DNA of 63,308 bases, counting the filler, from Trichomonas gallinae (Eukaryota): the NCBI GenBank assembly GCA_008369845.1. It is 7 parts of 7 records of this genome, joined end to end, with 100 filler letters (N's around TTAATTAATTAA, not from the genome) between each part and the next. Parts side by side here need not be neighbours in the genome. Positions count along the whole stretch, not along the records: positions 10,742 to 27,339 come from MRSU01001312.1; positions 27,440 to 41,077 come from MRSU01001313.1; 5 more parts are not named here. The stretch is one strand, 5' to 3'. The translations under genes were made by a program, and so were the position numbers. This document shows positions 22,456-32,874 of the stretch, one piece after another. Positions within the stretch are counted from its first letter, which is position 1. Every line of letters begins with the position of its first letter. Below the pieces are notes generated by a model. The model saw only the letters and a program-made list of their open reading frames with translations. It ran no database searches and was not told the origin of the DNA.

Positions 22456-23610
22456 ATGAAGCGGAGAACAGTCAAACAAAGTAATCCTGTTGTTCCGCAT
22501 CCAAATCCTGCTTTTTCGACTATTCAGGCTCCAATTAGCGTGCAAGCAGCTCAGCCGATTCTAGGTATTGCAGATGATATAACATTCTACAATTCCAGGG
22601 CAAATGCAGCTTCAAATGCTATCAATCAAAGCCAAATGACTAATACTGAAGAAGCACAAGAATTAAACGCAGTTAGAAAGCCATTATTTTCATTTTTAAA
22701 TATTTCTTCAACTCCACAGCAAAATACATCTGATAATCAATTACAAGTTTCATCAGAAAACACATTTGAAAACTCACAACAAGTAAATTCGATTAATGAA
22801 AATCCAGCACCAGCGCGAAAGCCATTATTTTCGTTTTTAAACGTATCTAGTTCATCAAGTGAGCCAGCACCACAAGCTGCTTTTTCATTTTTGAATTCAA
22901 CACAATCACAATTTAGTGAAACAGGTCAAAACATAATTCAGCAAGAACCTAATGAGCCTACTGAGCAAATAGAAACAGTTCGTAAACCCAAATTTGCATT
23001 TTTGAATATTGAAAAAAGCATTGAATCAACAATTAACGCACAAAATGCAGATCAAAACGCTGGATCAAATTATATTACAGCAGATAAGAAACGAGAAATT
23101 GCAGAAATTCTTGATTATGATAAACCACTTGGTTTTGGAATATTTAGAGCGTTTCAATACTTACAGAATACATCACAGTTGATTATACATAAAGGTGAAA
23201 ATGAGCAAATCCTTGAATATAGAGATGAATTCGGAAATCTTGTTGATCCAAAAGCAGCTTACAGAGTTCATTCACACGCTTTTCATGGTAGACTTCCTGG
23301 CTCTAAGCAGCTTCAAAAATACAAGCAAAAATCAATATCAAAGAAAATTGTAAATGAATCTATGATAGGTGACACACCACTTCAATCAGGTAAAGCACTT
23401 CGTGAGGTCCTTGCCACATCTAATCAACCATTTATAGAGCTCACTGGTTCGAATCGTCAAATTCTTCCATATATTCCTGCAGAAGAACCGGTGGATGCAA
23501 GGCTTGAGAAGCGTAAGAAGCGTCTAAAGAAGATCAAGAAGAAAAAAGTTAAATCAGTTAGCTATGGAAAACATGAAGAGAAGTATAAAGCTATTATTTA
23601 TCAAGAGTAG
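22456..23610 (+). CDS. SART-1/Snu66-like tri-snRNP protein (C-terminal domain conserved)
   Basis: ILEYRDEFGNLVDPKAAYRVHSHAFHGRLPG and GDTPLQS resemble the SART1 C-terminus. Start placed after Inr TCACTT (22444). Confidence 0.75.
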   Translation: MKRRTVKQSNPVVPHPNPAFSTIQAPISVQAAQPILGIADDITFYNSRANAASNAINQSQMTNTEEAQELNAVRKPLFSFLNISSTPQQNTSDNQLQVSSENTFENSQQVNSINENPAPARKPLFSFLNVSSSSSEPAPQAAFSFLNSTQSQFSETGQNIIQQEPNEPTEQIETVRKPKFAFLNIEKSIESTINAQNADQNAGSNYITADKKREIAEILDYDKPLGFGIFRAFQYLQNTSQLIIHKGENEQILEYRDEFGNLVDPKAAYRVHSHAFHGRLPGSKQLQKYKQKSISKKIVNESMIGDTPLQSGKALREVLATSNQPFIELTGSNRQILPYIPAEEPVDARLEKRKKRLKKIKKKKVKSVSYGKHEEKYKAIIYQE

Positions 23611-24519
23611 GTGCTCATATATATATAATTGTTTGTATCAGACTAAAAATATAGATGTCTTCATCTTATATAACGAAACAAATAAAATAAAAAATTGTCT
23701 CAAAGCCACAATAGACAGTAAAATGCATTAGCGATACAAAGCTTTGCAAAATTGTAAGCAGTTTAGAGTATTTATGGCGTGATTACAAATAAATTCTACA
23801 AATCGAAAATTCGCAATAAAGTAATTTACAGGCTTCTTGTTGATATATATTGTTTGTGATCCGTTTTCCTATCTAATAACGAACTCTCTGCACCTTTATC
23901 AGTGTAAGATCACAAAAATAACAGTAATCCAAATTTATGACATGACTCAGCTGATTTTCCATGTATTTAGAGTGTACATGATATATTCCAAAATAAAAAA
24001 TTAAATGTCAAGTAAACACTTTTTGCCTTCATCCAATTTTTTTGACTGTAAATCTGAATGTTTAGATGTAAATAGGCAATGTATAATCCAACCAATTGAG
24101 AGATTTACAAAAAATTATCGCTTTCAAAAATAATCATCAAATAAATAACATGAACAGTTAATGTTAATAAAGAAATTACTAAGATCCAACAAAACTCTCA
24201 ATTTATCATCGTAAACAAAAATTATATATAAATTTAATAGAATATGTTAAATAAGAAAATATTAAGATCCAAAAAAAAGTCATTCAAAAATCACTTAAAA
24301 AATGAAATTACACTACAATCAACGTAATTAAAATTACACATAACATCCAAAAAAAAATCAAAACTTGGTTAAAAAAATTAGGAAATGATTAAAAATATGA
24401 TTAATAAGGCAAATGATGTGAGACTTATAAATTATTACACAGAAATGTGTAATAATTTGAGTGTGAAATGATCCTTTCAAAAATTTATTATTGAATACAA
24501 TCAATTCATTTTTGTGCAA

Positions 24520-25356
24520 ATGCTGCTTGAATACCTTCAATCCATGACGACAATCAGCTCAAAGGATTGCATAGTGCTTCCTTTCACTATCGCCTTATTC
24601 GCGTGCTTCAGAGTCATCATCTCGAATTATGTGTTGAAACCATTATCATTGATGATCGACGAAAAGAATAGATTTAAGTTCATCCATCGTGGATTTGACT
24701 GCATGCACTATATCACATCAACATTCCTCGGAACAGCTGCCTTCTTGCAAAGACCATATGGCCACTGCCCCTTTTGGTTCGTTGGATGCGGTCCATACAT
24801 CAGATGCACAGGTGACACAGTCATTTGCTCTGTCTTCGAGAAGGTTTATTACCTCTATTTTGCTTCTTATTACCTCTCCGACGTTTTCTGGATCTGGACA
24901 ACAAAGGATGTCTTGATGCTCGTCTTGCACCACATTGTCTCAATTACAATGCTCGTATCATGCCTCTTCGTTGCTCGCCACATGGTCGGATTCTGTGTTA
25001 TGATTCTTTCTGATTGGGTTGATATCTTCCTTTATTCTGGCAAGGTTACAAACTATCTTGGATATAAGAAGCTTTCTGATATATTAATGGTTTGCTTCGC
25101 TGTTGCTTTCTTCTATTTCAGAATCTTCGGATGCTCTCTTATCCTTAAGTCTGTCTTGACAGAGGAATTAGAGCAGCCACACCACCAGTGGCTCTGGTTC
25201 GCTGCTAAGTCCGCTTTCGTTGGCCTCTGCTGCTGCAATTTAATCTGGGAGTACCAGATCCTCATGGCTTTGAAGAGAATCTTCTTCAACAACGACAAGA
25301 TCCACGATACACGCTCTGACCGCGGTGAGAAAAAGTCTCATACAAAGGTTGAGTAA
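24520..25356 (+). CDS. TLC-domain / LAG1-type ceramide synthase-like membrane protein
   Basis: KDVLMLVLHHIVSITML and ILSDWVDIFLYSGK (Lag1-like motif), FFYFRI, KIHDTRSD; multiple TM segments. Confidence 0.88.
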   Translation: MLLEYLQSMTTISSKDCIVLPFTIALFACFRVIISNYVLKPLSLMIDEKNRFKFIHRGFDCMHYITSTFLGTAAFLQRPYGHCPFWFVGCGPYIRCTGDTVICSVFEKVYYLYFASYYLSDVFWIWTTKDVLMLVLHHIVSITMLVSCLFVARHMVGFCVMILSDWVDIFLYSGKVTNYLGYKKLSDILMVCFAVAFFYFRIFGCSLILKSVLTEELEQPHHQWLWFAAKSAFVGLCCCNLIWEYQILMALKRIFFNNDKIHDTRSDRGEKKSHTKVE

Positions 25357-25689
25357 GGTATATCAATTCTCTATTGCAATATAAATTGTTTGATACTCTA
25401 TCATAAAAGCATCTTTCTAGTAATTTTGTACCAAAATTTCACATTTTTGTCTCATTTTCACAACATTTGATTTTTAGTTTTCAAATTTATCTATTTGTAA
25501 TACTACAAAAGTATTAATGGGTCTATGCGTATTTATATTTTATTGATGTTCGTGTTTGGTTTTGATTTATTTTTTATCAAAAAATCAAATTTGCACAAAA
25601 CCAGCAAATGGAAGATTGAACACTATAGCAAAGCTCTATATGATATATTTACAAAGGTTTAAAAAACAAAATAAGACAAAAAATATATA

Positions 25690-26760
25690 TCACATCATGA
25701 AAGGAAGCTTTTCGTGATGTGGCTTGGCGAGGGGAGAATGGTGGTGCTTCTTGGGATCCTTAGCCTCTTTCATCTTAAGTTGATGCATCTCAGGCAAAGT
25801 CAATGGTGGAAGTGTCCTTGGATCGACTTCAAACTCTGGCTTCCTGAAGTATGGATGATTCATAGCTGCTTCAGCGGTTATTCTCTTCTTAGGGTTCATT
25901 CTTAGCATTTTCAATAATAAATCAATTATGTCATATGAGCTTTCTGGAAGTGTCTTTTGGAGGTGTTCTTTGAGACGATTCGGGAACTTCGTTGCATAAC
26001 CAGAAACAGCAGCAGCTTTCTGTGAATCATATTTTCTCCATTCTGGCCAGTCATCTTCATCCGGTGTACCGCAGATCCTAAATATTTCTTGAATCTGTGA
26101 AATATTTTCGCGAGCAGCGAATAATGGCTTTTTTGCGATCATTTCATAAAGAATACAAGCGGCACTCCATATATCAACTTCAGGGCCATACTCATGGCAC
26201 CCAAGGAATAGCTCTGGCGGACGATACCACAGCGTAATCACAGAATCTGAATATCGGCCTTTGTCTGTTAATTCTCTTGCAAGACCAAAATCACCTAATT
26301 TTAATATATTATCTTTCGTAATAAACATATTTGCTGGCTTTAAGTCTCTGTGAACAACGTTTTTAACTGTTAAATAACATAATACTGTAATTAACTGTCG
26401 CATAATGGATTTTATTGTATAATCTGGAATATCTTGCATGTGTATTAAAGCGTCAAGGTCGTAATAGCAATATTCGAATACCAAAAAGATAGATTGATCG
26501 CTTTTAGAGTGAACAACGGATTTTAGAAAGACAATATTATCATGATGAAGTTGCTTAAGTAATTTAACTTCTCTTATTGTATTTTGCGGGAATCCATCGT
26601 TCTGATTAATGATTTTGATTTTTTTGAGCGCAACAATTTCGTTTGTGCGATCATCTCTGCACTTTTGGACACTCCCGTATGTTCCATCTCCGATATTTTC
26701 TATAACTTTGAAATGATCGGAAATCGAATTCACGAGTTCAACTTTAAAATCATTATTCAT
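25690..26760 (-). CDS. CMGC cyclin-dependent kinase (CDK9/12-like)
   Basis: GDGTYG, VALKK, GFPQNTIRE, HRDLKPAN, DFGLAR, VITLWYRPPEL, DIWSAACI. Confidence 0.93.
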   Translation of the reverse strand: MNNDFKVELVNSISDHFKVIENIGDGTYGSVQKCRDDRTNEIVALKKIKIINQNDGFPQNTIREVKLLKQLHHDNIVFLKSVVHSKSDQSIFLVFEYCYYDLDALIHMQDIPDYTIKSIMRQLITVLCYLTVKNVVHRDLKPANMFITKDNILKLGDFGLARELTDKGRYSDSVITLWYRPPELFLGCHEYGPEVDIWSAACILYEMIAKKPLFAARENISQIQEIFRICGTPDEDDWPEWRKYDSQKAAAVSGYATKFPNRLKEHLQKTLPESSYDIIDLLLKMLRMNPKKRITAEAAMNHPYFRKPEFEVDPRTLPPLTLPEMHQLKMKEAKDPKKHHHSPLAKPHHEKLPFMM

Positions 26761-26794
26761 TATTTTTTGTCACTTTTAAATTTCCAAATCAACA

Positions 26795-27173
26795 TTTTAC
26801 ATGACATATTTAAATTTTATTTGACAAATATATATTTACATGTCAGATGATTAAATAAATCAATTCTCATAAAGAAAGAATGGAATCTGAGGGTCAAATT
26901 ATCAAAATTTAGCATTGATTCCTAGATGTGGATCTATATGAACTTAACATTGATAAAATGAAACCATTTTACATGACAAAAAATTGACTTTATATGACAA
27001 ATTTGAGTTTTATATGGCAAAAATATATTTCATCAACTCTGCAGATATAAAAAACAAGAATTAAAAAATAAGTGATGAAAATTTGTCATTTGTTGACAGT
27101 GTGGAATAGATAGAAACAACAATTGCTGTTTTAATTTATTATTTACGTGGCAAAAAATAAATTTACATGACAG
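26795..27173 (+). promoter_or_regulatory. Three clusters of phased TTTAYNTGWCA motifs in the CDK / NAC-alpha divergent region
   Basis: Core TAY at 26798/26818/26837, 26970/26991/27011 and 27144/27164 (19-21 bp spacing). Confidence 0.55.
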
Positions 27174-27217
27174 AATGGAGTATGGCCACGAACGGTTAGA
27201 ACAGCCACTTATTTTCG

Positions 27218-27339
27218 ATGTCTGCTGAAGAAGTCAAGGCCGAAACTCCAGTCGAGGAAAAGAAGGAGGAAATCCCAGCCAAGCCAGCCCGCAAGATCAA
27301 CCGCGCTGAGAAGAAGATGCGTGAGGCCCTCCTCAAGCA
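27218..27339 (+). CDS. Nascent polypeptide-associated complex alpha subunit, 5' fragment cut by gap
   Basis: MSAEEVKAETPVEEKKEEIPAKPARKINRAEKKMREALLK; RAEKKMR.AL.K resembles the start of the NAC-alpha domain. AACGGTT motif at 27191; high-expression codon usage. Confidence 0.7.
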
Positions 27340-27439
27340 NNNNNNNNNNNNNNNNNNNNNNNNNNNNNNNNNNNNNNNNNNNNTTAATTAATTAANNNNN
27401 NNNNNNNNNNNNNNNNNNNNNNNNNNNNNNNNNNNNNNN
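27340..27439. other. Artificial contig linker
   Basis: N run with central TTAATTAATTAA. Confidence 0.98.
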
Positions 27440-27505
27440 AACTCAGTTGGTTAGAGTGTCAGACTGTTAATCTGGAAGTCGTGTGTTCGATCCACACGGG
27501 AGGAG
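27440..27505 (+). tRNA. tRNA-Asn (anticodon GTT), 5' end lost in gap
   Basis: D arm ACTC-AGTTGGTTA-GAGT, anticodon arm TCAGA-CTGTTAA-TCTGG, T arm GTGTG-TTCGATC-CACAC, followed by a T-run Pol III terminator. Confidence 0.92.
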
Positions 27506-28264
27506 ATTTTTTCTTTTTTTTTCATTCTCAAATTTTGTTTTTGTTTTTTAGCATAATAAGAAGTGCTATGTATTATAATGCCTTTTTCATAAAACGAATT
27601 TTGAATTATTAAAGATTCGTTCTCTTAAATGTAAATCTTCAATTTTTATATTGACTTTTGATTTTTATGCCATTTAATAGGAAAAATAATCTCCAACAAG
27701 TTGCAACAATTACTCTCGAATAAGTTGCGAAACCTTAACTGTATTCTCGATAATTGAAAGTAGAGTGAATTTTTTGATTAAAATCATGATTTTGTTCAGA
27801 AAATATAATCATATTCACATTCGTTGATACATTAGTTCGACATTATAAAAATAATGCGACATTTTACTCTCAATATAAATTTTGTGAGAAATTACAATCA
27901 ATCAAAATATTGTTAGGATAAACTTTATTTTTGAGCTTTCTAAATTTATCATTTGACGATTGAGTCCAATTTTATATTCGTCTTTTTGTTCTCAAAAAAA
28001 TTTTGAGGTCAAAGTTTGCATAATCTATTTTACATCAATAAATGTGTGTATTTTACGTTCACAAGTAGACCTGGTTCTCTGAATTTATAATCTTGAGAAT
28101 GGTATATAATAATATTTATATCGCTTATAGATTAATATTTTTGTCAATAACATAATGACCTATTTTCCAATGAATTATTTCACTGAAAATATATAATTTG
28201 AGAATGCCTGTCAAAAAAACCGACAATTTTTTGAATTCAAAAACTTTAAAATCATAATTTATTG

Positions 28265-31200
28265 ATGTTTGCACTCCTTCGCTTAGCTACATCAGCAGCA
28301 AGGGTTGAGTATAAAGCTCCACCCCAAAATGATGCTGCCTTCGATATCGTTTATTTCTCAGGTAGTGGAAAAGCATATCCACTTTCAATGAATGGCCATT
28401 ATGCAGGCTTCAGGCTCTACAATGGTGATCAAGTTGGAGCCACAAAATTAATTACATCACAAGATCTTAAAGTTGATGAAATTATTGTCCAACAGTATCA
28501 TGAAACAATTACACTTAAGAAGAAGAACGGCAATGACCAGCCATACGTACAGATCGGATATGACATTATCAATGGCGGCGAAACAGCAAAGAGATTTGAT
28601 CTCGGTGTCTTCTCCGATTCTGCTATGGGCTCTAATGCGGATGATGCTAATCTTGCAATCAGATCGGATAAGAGAGGCGTCATTATTTCAATGCCAGGCA
28701 TAGCAAACCAACAGGCAACATACATTCTTAGAGGTCAGTACTTCCCCAATGTTGATGCAATTTATATTGGTCAAGATTCATCTAAGGATCTTCTCGATCA
28801 CACAGCTTATCCATTCTTTTTAAACAATGAAACAGCCCTTCCAGCTAAAACAGATTCTGTTTTAGCTTTCTCTTGGCAGAACAGGACGGTTTATCCAGGT
28901 CAGCGTCTTTCTTTAGGCTTCCTTGTTACACAGGGCGACTACATCGATCTTCCACCATTTCTCACAGATTACACATCTCCAACAATAGTTCCATCAGATA
29001 AAGATGTTAACATTACAATCGAAGCCGCTAACTATGAAGCTCAAACCTTAACAATGAAGTTCTTTATCAATGGATCAACAGATTCCATCGATTACACAGC
29101 CTCAACAAACGAATCTGACAACTTTGCTGTTAACTTCACGCATACAGTCAATTTGAAGGGTGGTTTATCATTATCTTACCGCGCTTACGCTGTCGATGAA
29201 AAGGGTATCAAGTCCGATAATGAAATCGAAGGCAGTTTCTTGAAAGAAGGCGGTATTCCTCCATTCCTTGATATCATCCTTCCAACAAGAGAAAATACAT
29301 ATCTGCCAACTGAGCAAATTAAGCTTACAGGCACAGTTAGAGATGAATTTGAAGCACACGTTTATATCCAGTGGGATGATCGTGTACCAACAGCTGCTTA
29401 TCAAGATTACTATAATCTTGGTAACAAGACCAAGGATATCAACTACAGCATTCCAATTCCATCCTATCTTTCAATTGGTAAAGAGCACGTATTGTCTCTC
29501 TGGGCAACAGATAATTTGGGAATCAGGAACCCCAGCATTACATATCCATTCACAATTGAAACCTCAGCAGGTCCAAAGGTCTACTCAGCCTATGGTTCTG
29601 ACACAAGAATCCAAGCTGGAAAGAACTTCATTGTTTATGGTGAAGCAAACAGTAATACAACAGGCGAACAGCTCACAATCTCTCTTCGGTTCGGAGATGT
29701 TGAAACAGTTACACTCGGAAAGATTACATCCCAAGCTACACTCCATCCATTTGCCTTCCTATATGTCATTCCAAGTGTTAACCCAGGCAAATACGTTCTT
29801 TCCCTCACAGCCACAGATTCTTACAACCAGACATCAACTGATTTAGTCAACTTCACAATCCAGGTTGTCGGAGCTGATCTTCCAGTTGTTCAGTTAGCCA
29901 ACTTCACAGATATGTCCGAAGCTGATCTCGGTGACTGGACAAACGCTACAGTCGATGTTTACTACCAGACACCAGAGAATAGAGGACAGAGTATGACACA
30001 CGAAGACTACGGTATCTTCTCTGCCTTCAGAGTTAGACCTCAAAATTCTACAGCTGAAGTCGCAACAAACATCTTATCATACTACAATGATAAGAACAAC
30101 AAGACAGTTGATGGTGTCAATGTCCAGGCTTACACAAGATATGAAGAGCACACAGGCTACTTCCAGATCGTTTGGAAGGTTACTAACGATAACTATCTTC
30201 CAAGATCTGTTGATCTCGGTGTCTTCTACGACTCTGACTTTTCCTATAATGATAACGCTACAATCGAAATCAGAAAAGATGGCAGAGGCATCAGCGTCGT
30301 TGACAATGATAAGGTTGAAGACGCAATCATGAAGTACACAATCTTCTTGAAGGGTTACGGTGACTACCCAAGCGTTGACTCTTGGTACCTCTTTCCAGTT
30401 GCTAAGGATGAAGATGGCCACGTTAGAACACAAGACATGCCATTCTTCAAGAACTCTGATGACGTTGCCACAAGCGGTGATGGTATGATCGCATTCTCAT
30501 GGAATGATAGACTCATCGGCAGCCACCAGACAGTTGAATTCGTTGCCACATTTGTCGGTGATTATGACCTTCAGACACCAACAACAATCTACGATTCCAC
30601 AAGCTTATACTCCTACATCTTCCCAGGCGATTACATCCAGCTTCAGGTCGAGATCGTTGATGCTGATATTGGCCAACAGATCCAGCTCCTTGTTACAATC
30701 AATGGCACACACGATGGCTCAGAGGATGAGACAATCACAATCCCAGAAGGTGGCTTTTACACATGGAAAAAATGGTACAAAGTCGGTACAGTCGGCCACA
30801 ACTTCCAGTACGCAATCCAAGCAAGAGATAAAGCTGGATTCTACATGTCTAACACAATCAATGTCTCAATCCCAACAAGCTCACCACCATACGTATACAT
30901 TGATCAGAGCTATATTAGAAATATCTACTTCGTTAACGATACAATCCGTCTCAAGGGTGAGATTTGGGATGAAGAGGGTGCTACACTTATGTACAGCATT
31001 GGAGGTGGTCAACCACAGGCAGCTGGACCATACCTTAATGGTTCTAATATTGATTTCGATTACAACATTACTATTCCTTCTGAACTTGTCCCAGGAAAAT
31101 CCTATATGTTCCAATTCTGGGCTGTTGACCAGTATGGCAACTTCAATTCCCCATCTAATCAGTCCGATAACACATTCATGTTCCACTATGATAAGAGATA

Positions 31201-31510
31201 TCCATCAGAAATTCTCAAGGCTGGCTTCAACCTCAAGAGAGCTAAAATTGGCAGCAAGGTCATTGCTTTCATTATGCTCCAGCATGCTGTTATTGGCACA
31301 AAGCTCTTGCCACAGGTCAGATTTGACAATCACGAATGGATCACAAGTCCAAAGTCTGAATTTGCAGCTGACCTACCAGTACCAGTTGCTTGGTATGTTA
31401 CTATTCCAAAGAATCTCGAGCCAGGTACATACATTGTTGAATTCCGTGCGATCGATGCTTTCAATACACCATCAAAGAACTCTATCAAGTTCTCTATGCA
31501 GATCGAATAA
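28265..31510 (+). CDS. Large secreted beta-rich (Bap-like/Ig-like) protein with two-fold internal repeat
   Basis: Short signal-like MFALLRLATS. Module DLGVF.DS...IR.D.RG...P.VD...PFF.N...D...AFSW..R occurs twice, each followed by Ig-like segments (A.D..G). No C-terminal TM. Confidence 0.75.
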   Translation: MFALLRLATSAARVEYKAPPQNDAAFDIVYFSGSGKAYPLSMNGHYAGFRLYNGDQVGATKLITSQDLKVDEIIVQQYHETITLKKKNGNDQPYVQIGYDIINGGETAKRFDLGVFSDSAMGSNADDANLAIRSDKRGVIISMPGIANQQATYILRGQYFPNVDAIYIGQDSSKDLLDHTAYPFFLNNETALPAKTDSVLAFSWQNRTVYPGQRLSLGFLVTQGDYIDLPPFLTDYTSPTIVPSDKDVNITIEAANYEAQTLTMKFFINGSTDSIDYTASTNESDNFAVNFTHTVNLKGGLSLSYRAYAVDEKGIKSDNEIEGSFLKEGGIPPFLDIILPTRENTYLPTEQIKLTGTVRDEFEAHVYIQWDDRVPTAAYQDYYNLGNKTKDINYSIPIPSYLSIGKEHVLSLWATDNLGIRNPSITYPFTIETSAGPKVYSAYGSDTRIQAGKNFIVYGEANSNTTGEQLTISLRFGDVETVTLGKITSQATLHPFAFLYVIPSVNPGKYVLSLTATDSYNQTSTDLVNFTIQVVGADLPVVQLANFTDMSEADLGDWTNATVDVYYQTPENRGQSMTHEDYGIFSAFRVRPQNSTAEVATNILSYYNDKNNKTVDGVNVQAYTRYEEHTGYFQIVWKVTNDNYLPRSVDLGVFYDSDFSYNDNATIEIRKDGRGISVVDNDKVEDAIMKYTIFLKGYGDYPSVDSWYLFPVAKDEDGHVRTQDMPFFKNSDDVATSGDGMIAFSWNDRLIGSHQTVEFVATFVGDYDLQTPTTIYDSTSLYSYIFPGDYIQLQVEIVDADIGQQIQLLVTINGTHDGSEDETITIPEGGFYTWKKWYKVGTVGHNFQYAIQARDKAGFYMSNTINVSIPTSSPPYVYIDQSYIRNIYFVNDTIRLKGEIWDEEGATLMYSIGGGQPQAAGPYLNGSNIDFDYNITIPSELVPGKSYMFQFWAVDQYGNFNSPSNQSDNTFMFHYDKRYPSEILKAGFNLKRAKIGSKVIAFIMLQHAVIGTKLLPQVRFDNHEWITSPKSEFAADLPVPVAWYVTIPKNLEPGTYIVEFRAIDAFNTPSKNSIKFSMQIE

Positions 31511-31797
31511 ATTTTCGGTAAACATTTACTCTTTATGATGTTAATAGAATATTTTTATAACTACGACGTGTTAATTGAATATTACATGTCAAAATTTTCA
31601 ACTCCATATTTGGAAATTTTTAAGATAATGGATAGAAATAGAAGAGTGTATGGCATGTTTCCTCAAGAAACTGCTGAACTTACAAAGATCTATTTCTAAT
31701 TCATTAGAAAATGCATTTGATAGTAGAAATAATGCTTGTAAAGCAAGAAAGTGTATGTTTCTATTGATGAAATCAAGAATAACAGAGTTAGAAACAA

Positions 31798-32497
31798 TTA
31801 TTCAATGATAAAAGCAATAATAAAAACGTAAATGTAAAATTGCAAGCTGGTTGTGCCATTTCGTATGTAATTAACTGTACATGGATCAAATGTCACACTT
31901 TTATAATTCAATATTTGCATTGGCTTGTGGCAATAGATGTTAATGCTCTGGACATCACTAAATATTGGAGCTTCTACTGCTGGCATAACTTTTGTTTCGA
32001 AAATTAACGAAACCTTTAAAGCATTTTGAAAATTGTATTTATATATTTGATTTAACTTGGAATTTTTTTGAAATAGTATAATATGACTGTTTTTTGATGA
32101 ATGATCTTCAGACTTGGTAAAGTCATAAAACATTATCGAATGTTCTTTAATAACTGTAACTGAAGGTGGAATTTCTAAGCAAATCATATTAATGCAGTCA
32201 GCAAAGCATCTAAATGGAATTATTTCAACTTGAGCTTTAATAATTACTTTCGTTATATTAAAACATCTTGAAAAGGCAGATTCTGCGAATTCTGTTATTG
32301 GCAAACCATCTAGTTCTTGAGGAATTATGACATTGCCAACGAGTCTATCATATGAATCTGTTGCTGTTGGAGGTAAAGGCAATTGAGAACGCTGGCTGTT
32401 CGATTCATCACCAACCTTAACATGATCGGCATATTTGTAATAATAAATTCCGCCAACTACAACTTCTGTAATAAGAAATCGTAATCAGAAAAAAACA
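31798..32497 (-). pseudogene. BspA-like LRR gene with damaged 5' end
   Basis: VIIPQELDGLPITEFAESAFSRC, LEIPPSVTVI and hydrophobic C-terminus. The frame extends upstream (TEVVVGGIYYYKY) to an in-frame TGA near 32486 with no ATG. A signal-like FFLITISY lies in a shifted frame below an Inr TCATTT. Confidence 0.6.
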
Positions 32498-32874
32498 AAT
32501 TTTCAAGAAAAATGAATAAGGTTAAAAATTAAAATGTTTCATATTTTAGTTATATAATCTACATAAATAGTAAATCCGATTTTATTAATTATTTGTTCCT
32601 TAAACGATAAAATAAACTTCAAAATCTGATTTTTATAAAAAATAAAGATATTTATGTAAATCATTACTATTTTTCTACTTTAGAAAAATGATTTTCATAA
32701 TTCATAATTTTAAATTTAGATAGTGTATGGCTTTAGGATACAGATTTCATGACTTTTGCAAAATTATAAATTTGAAATTTTTAAATTTGACTCATTTAGA
32801 GGATATGACTCAAATAATATCATATAAAAACTAATACAAAATCATATTTTTAAGTAAATGATCATATTTTTTAG

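Noticed and set aside
30504..31538. 344-aa alternate-frame ORF inside the large surface protein gene
   Set aside because: Ser/Thr-rich frame-shift shadow typical of C-ending codon bias.
32440..32545. Possible intron rescuing the BspA-like 5' end
   Set aside because: No GT donor with the trichomonad ACTAAC...AG branch/acceptor motif.
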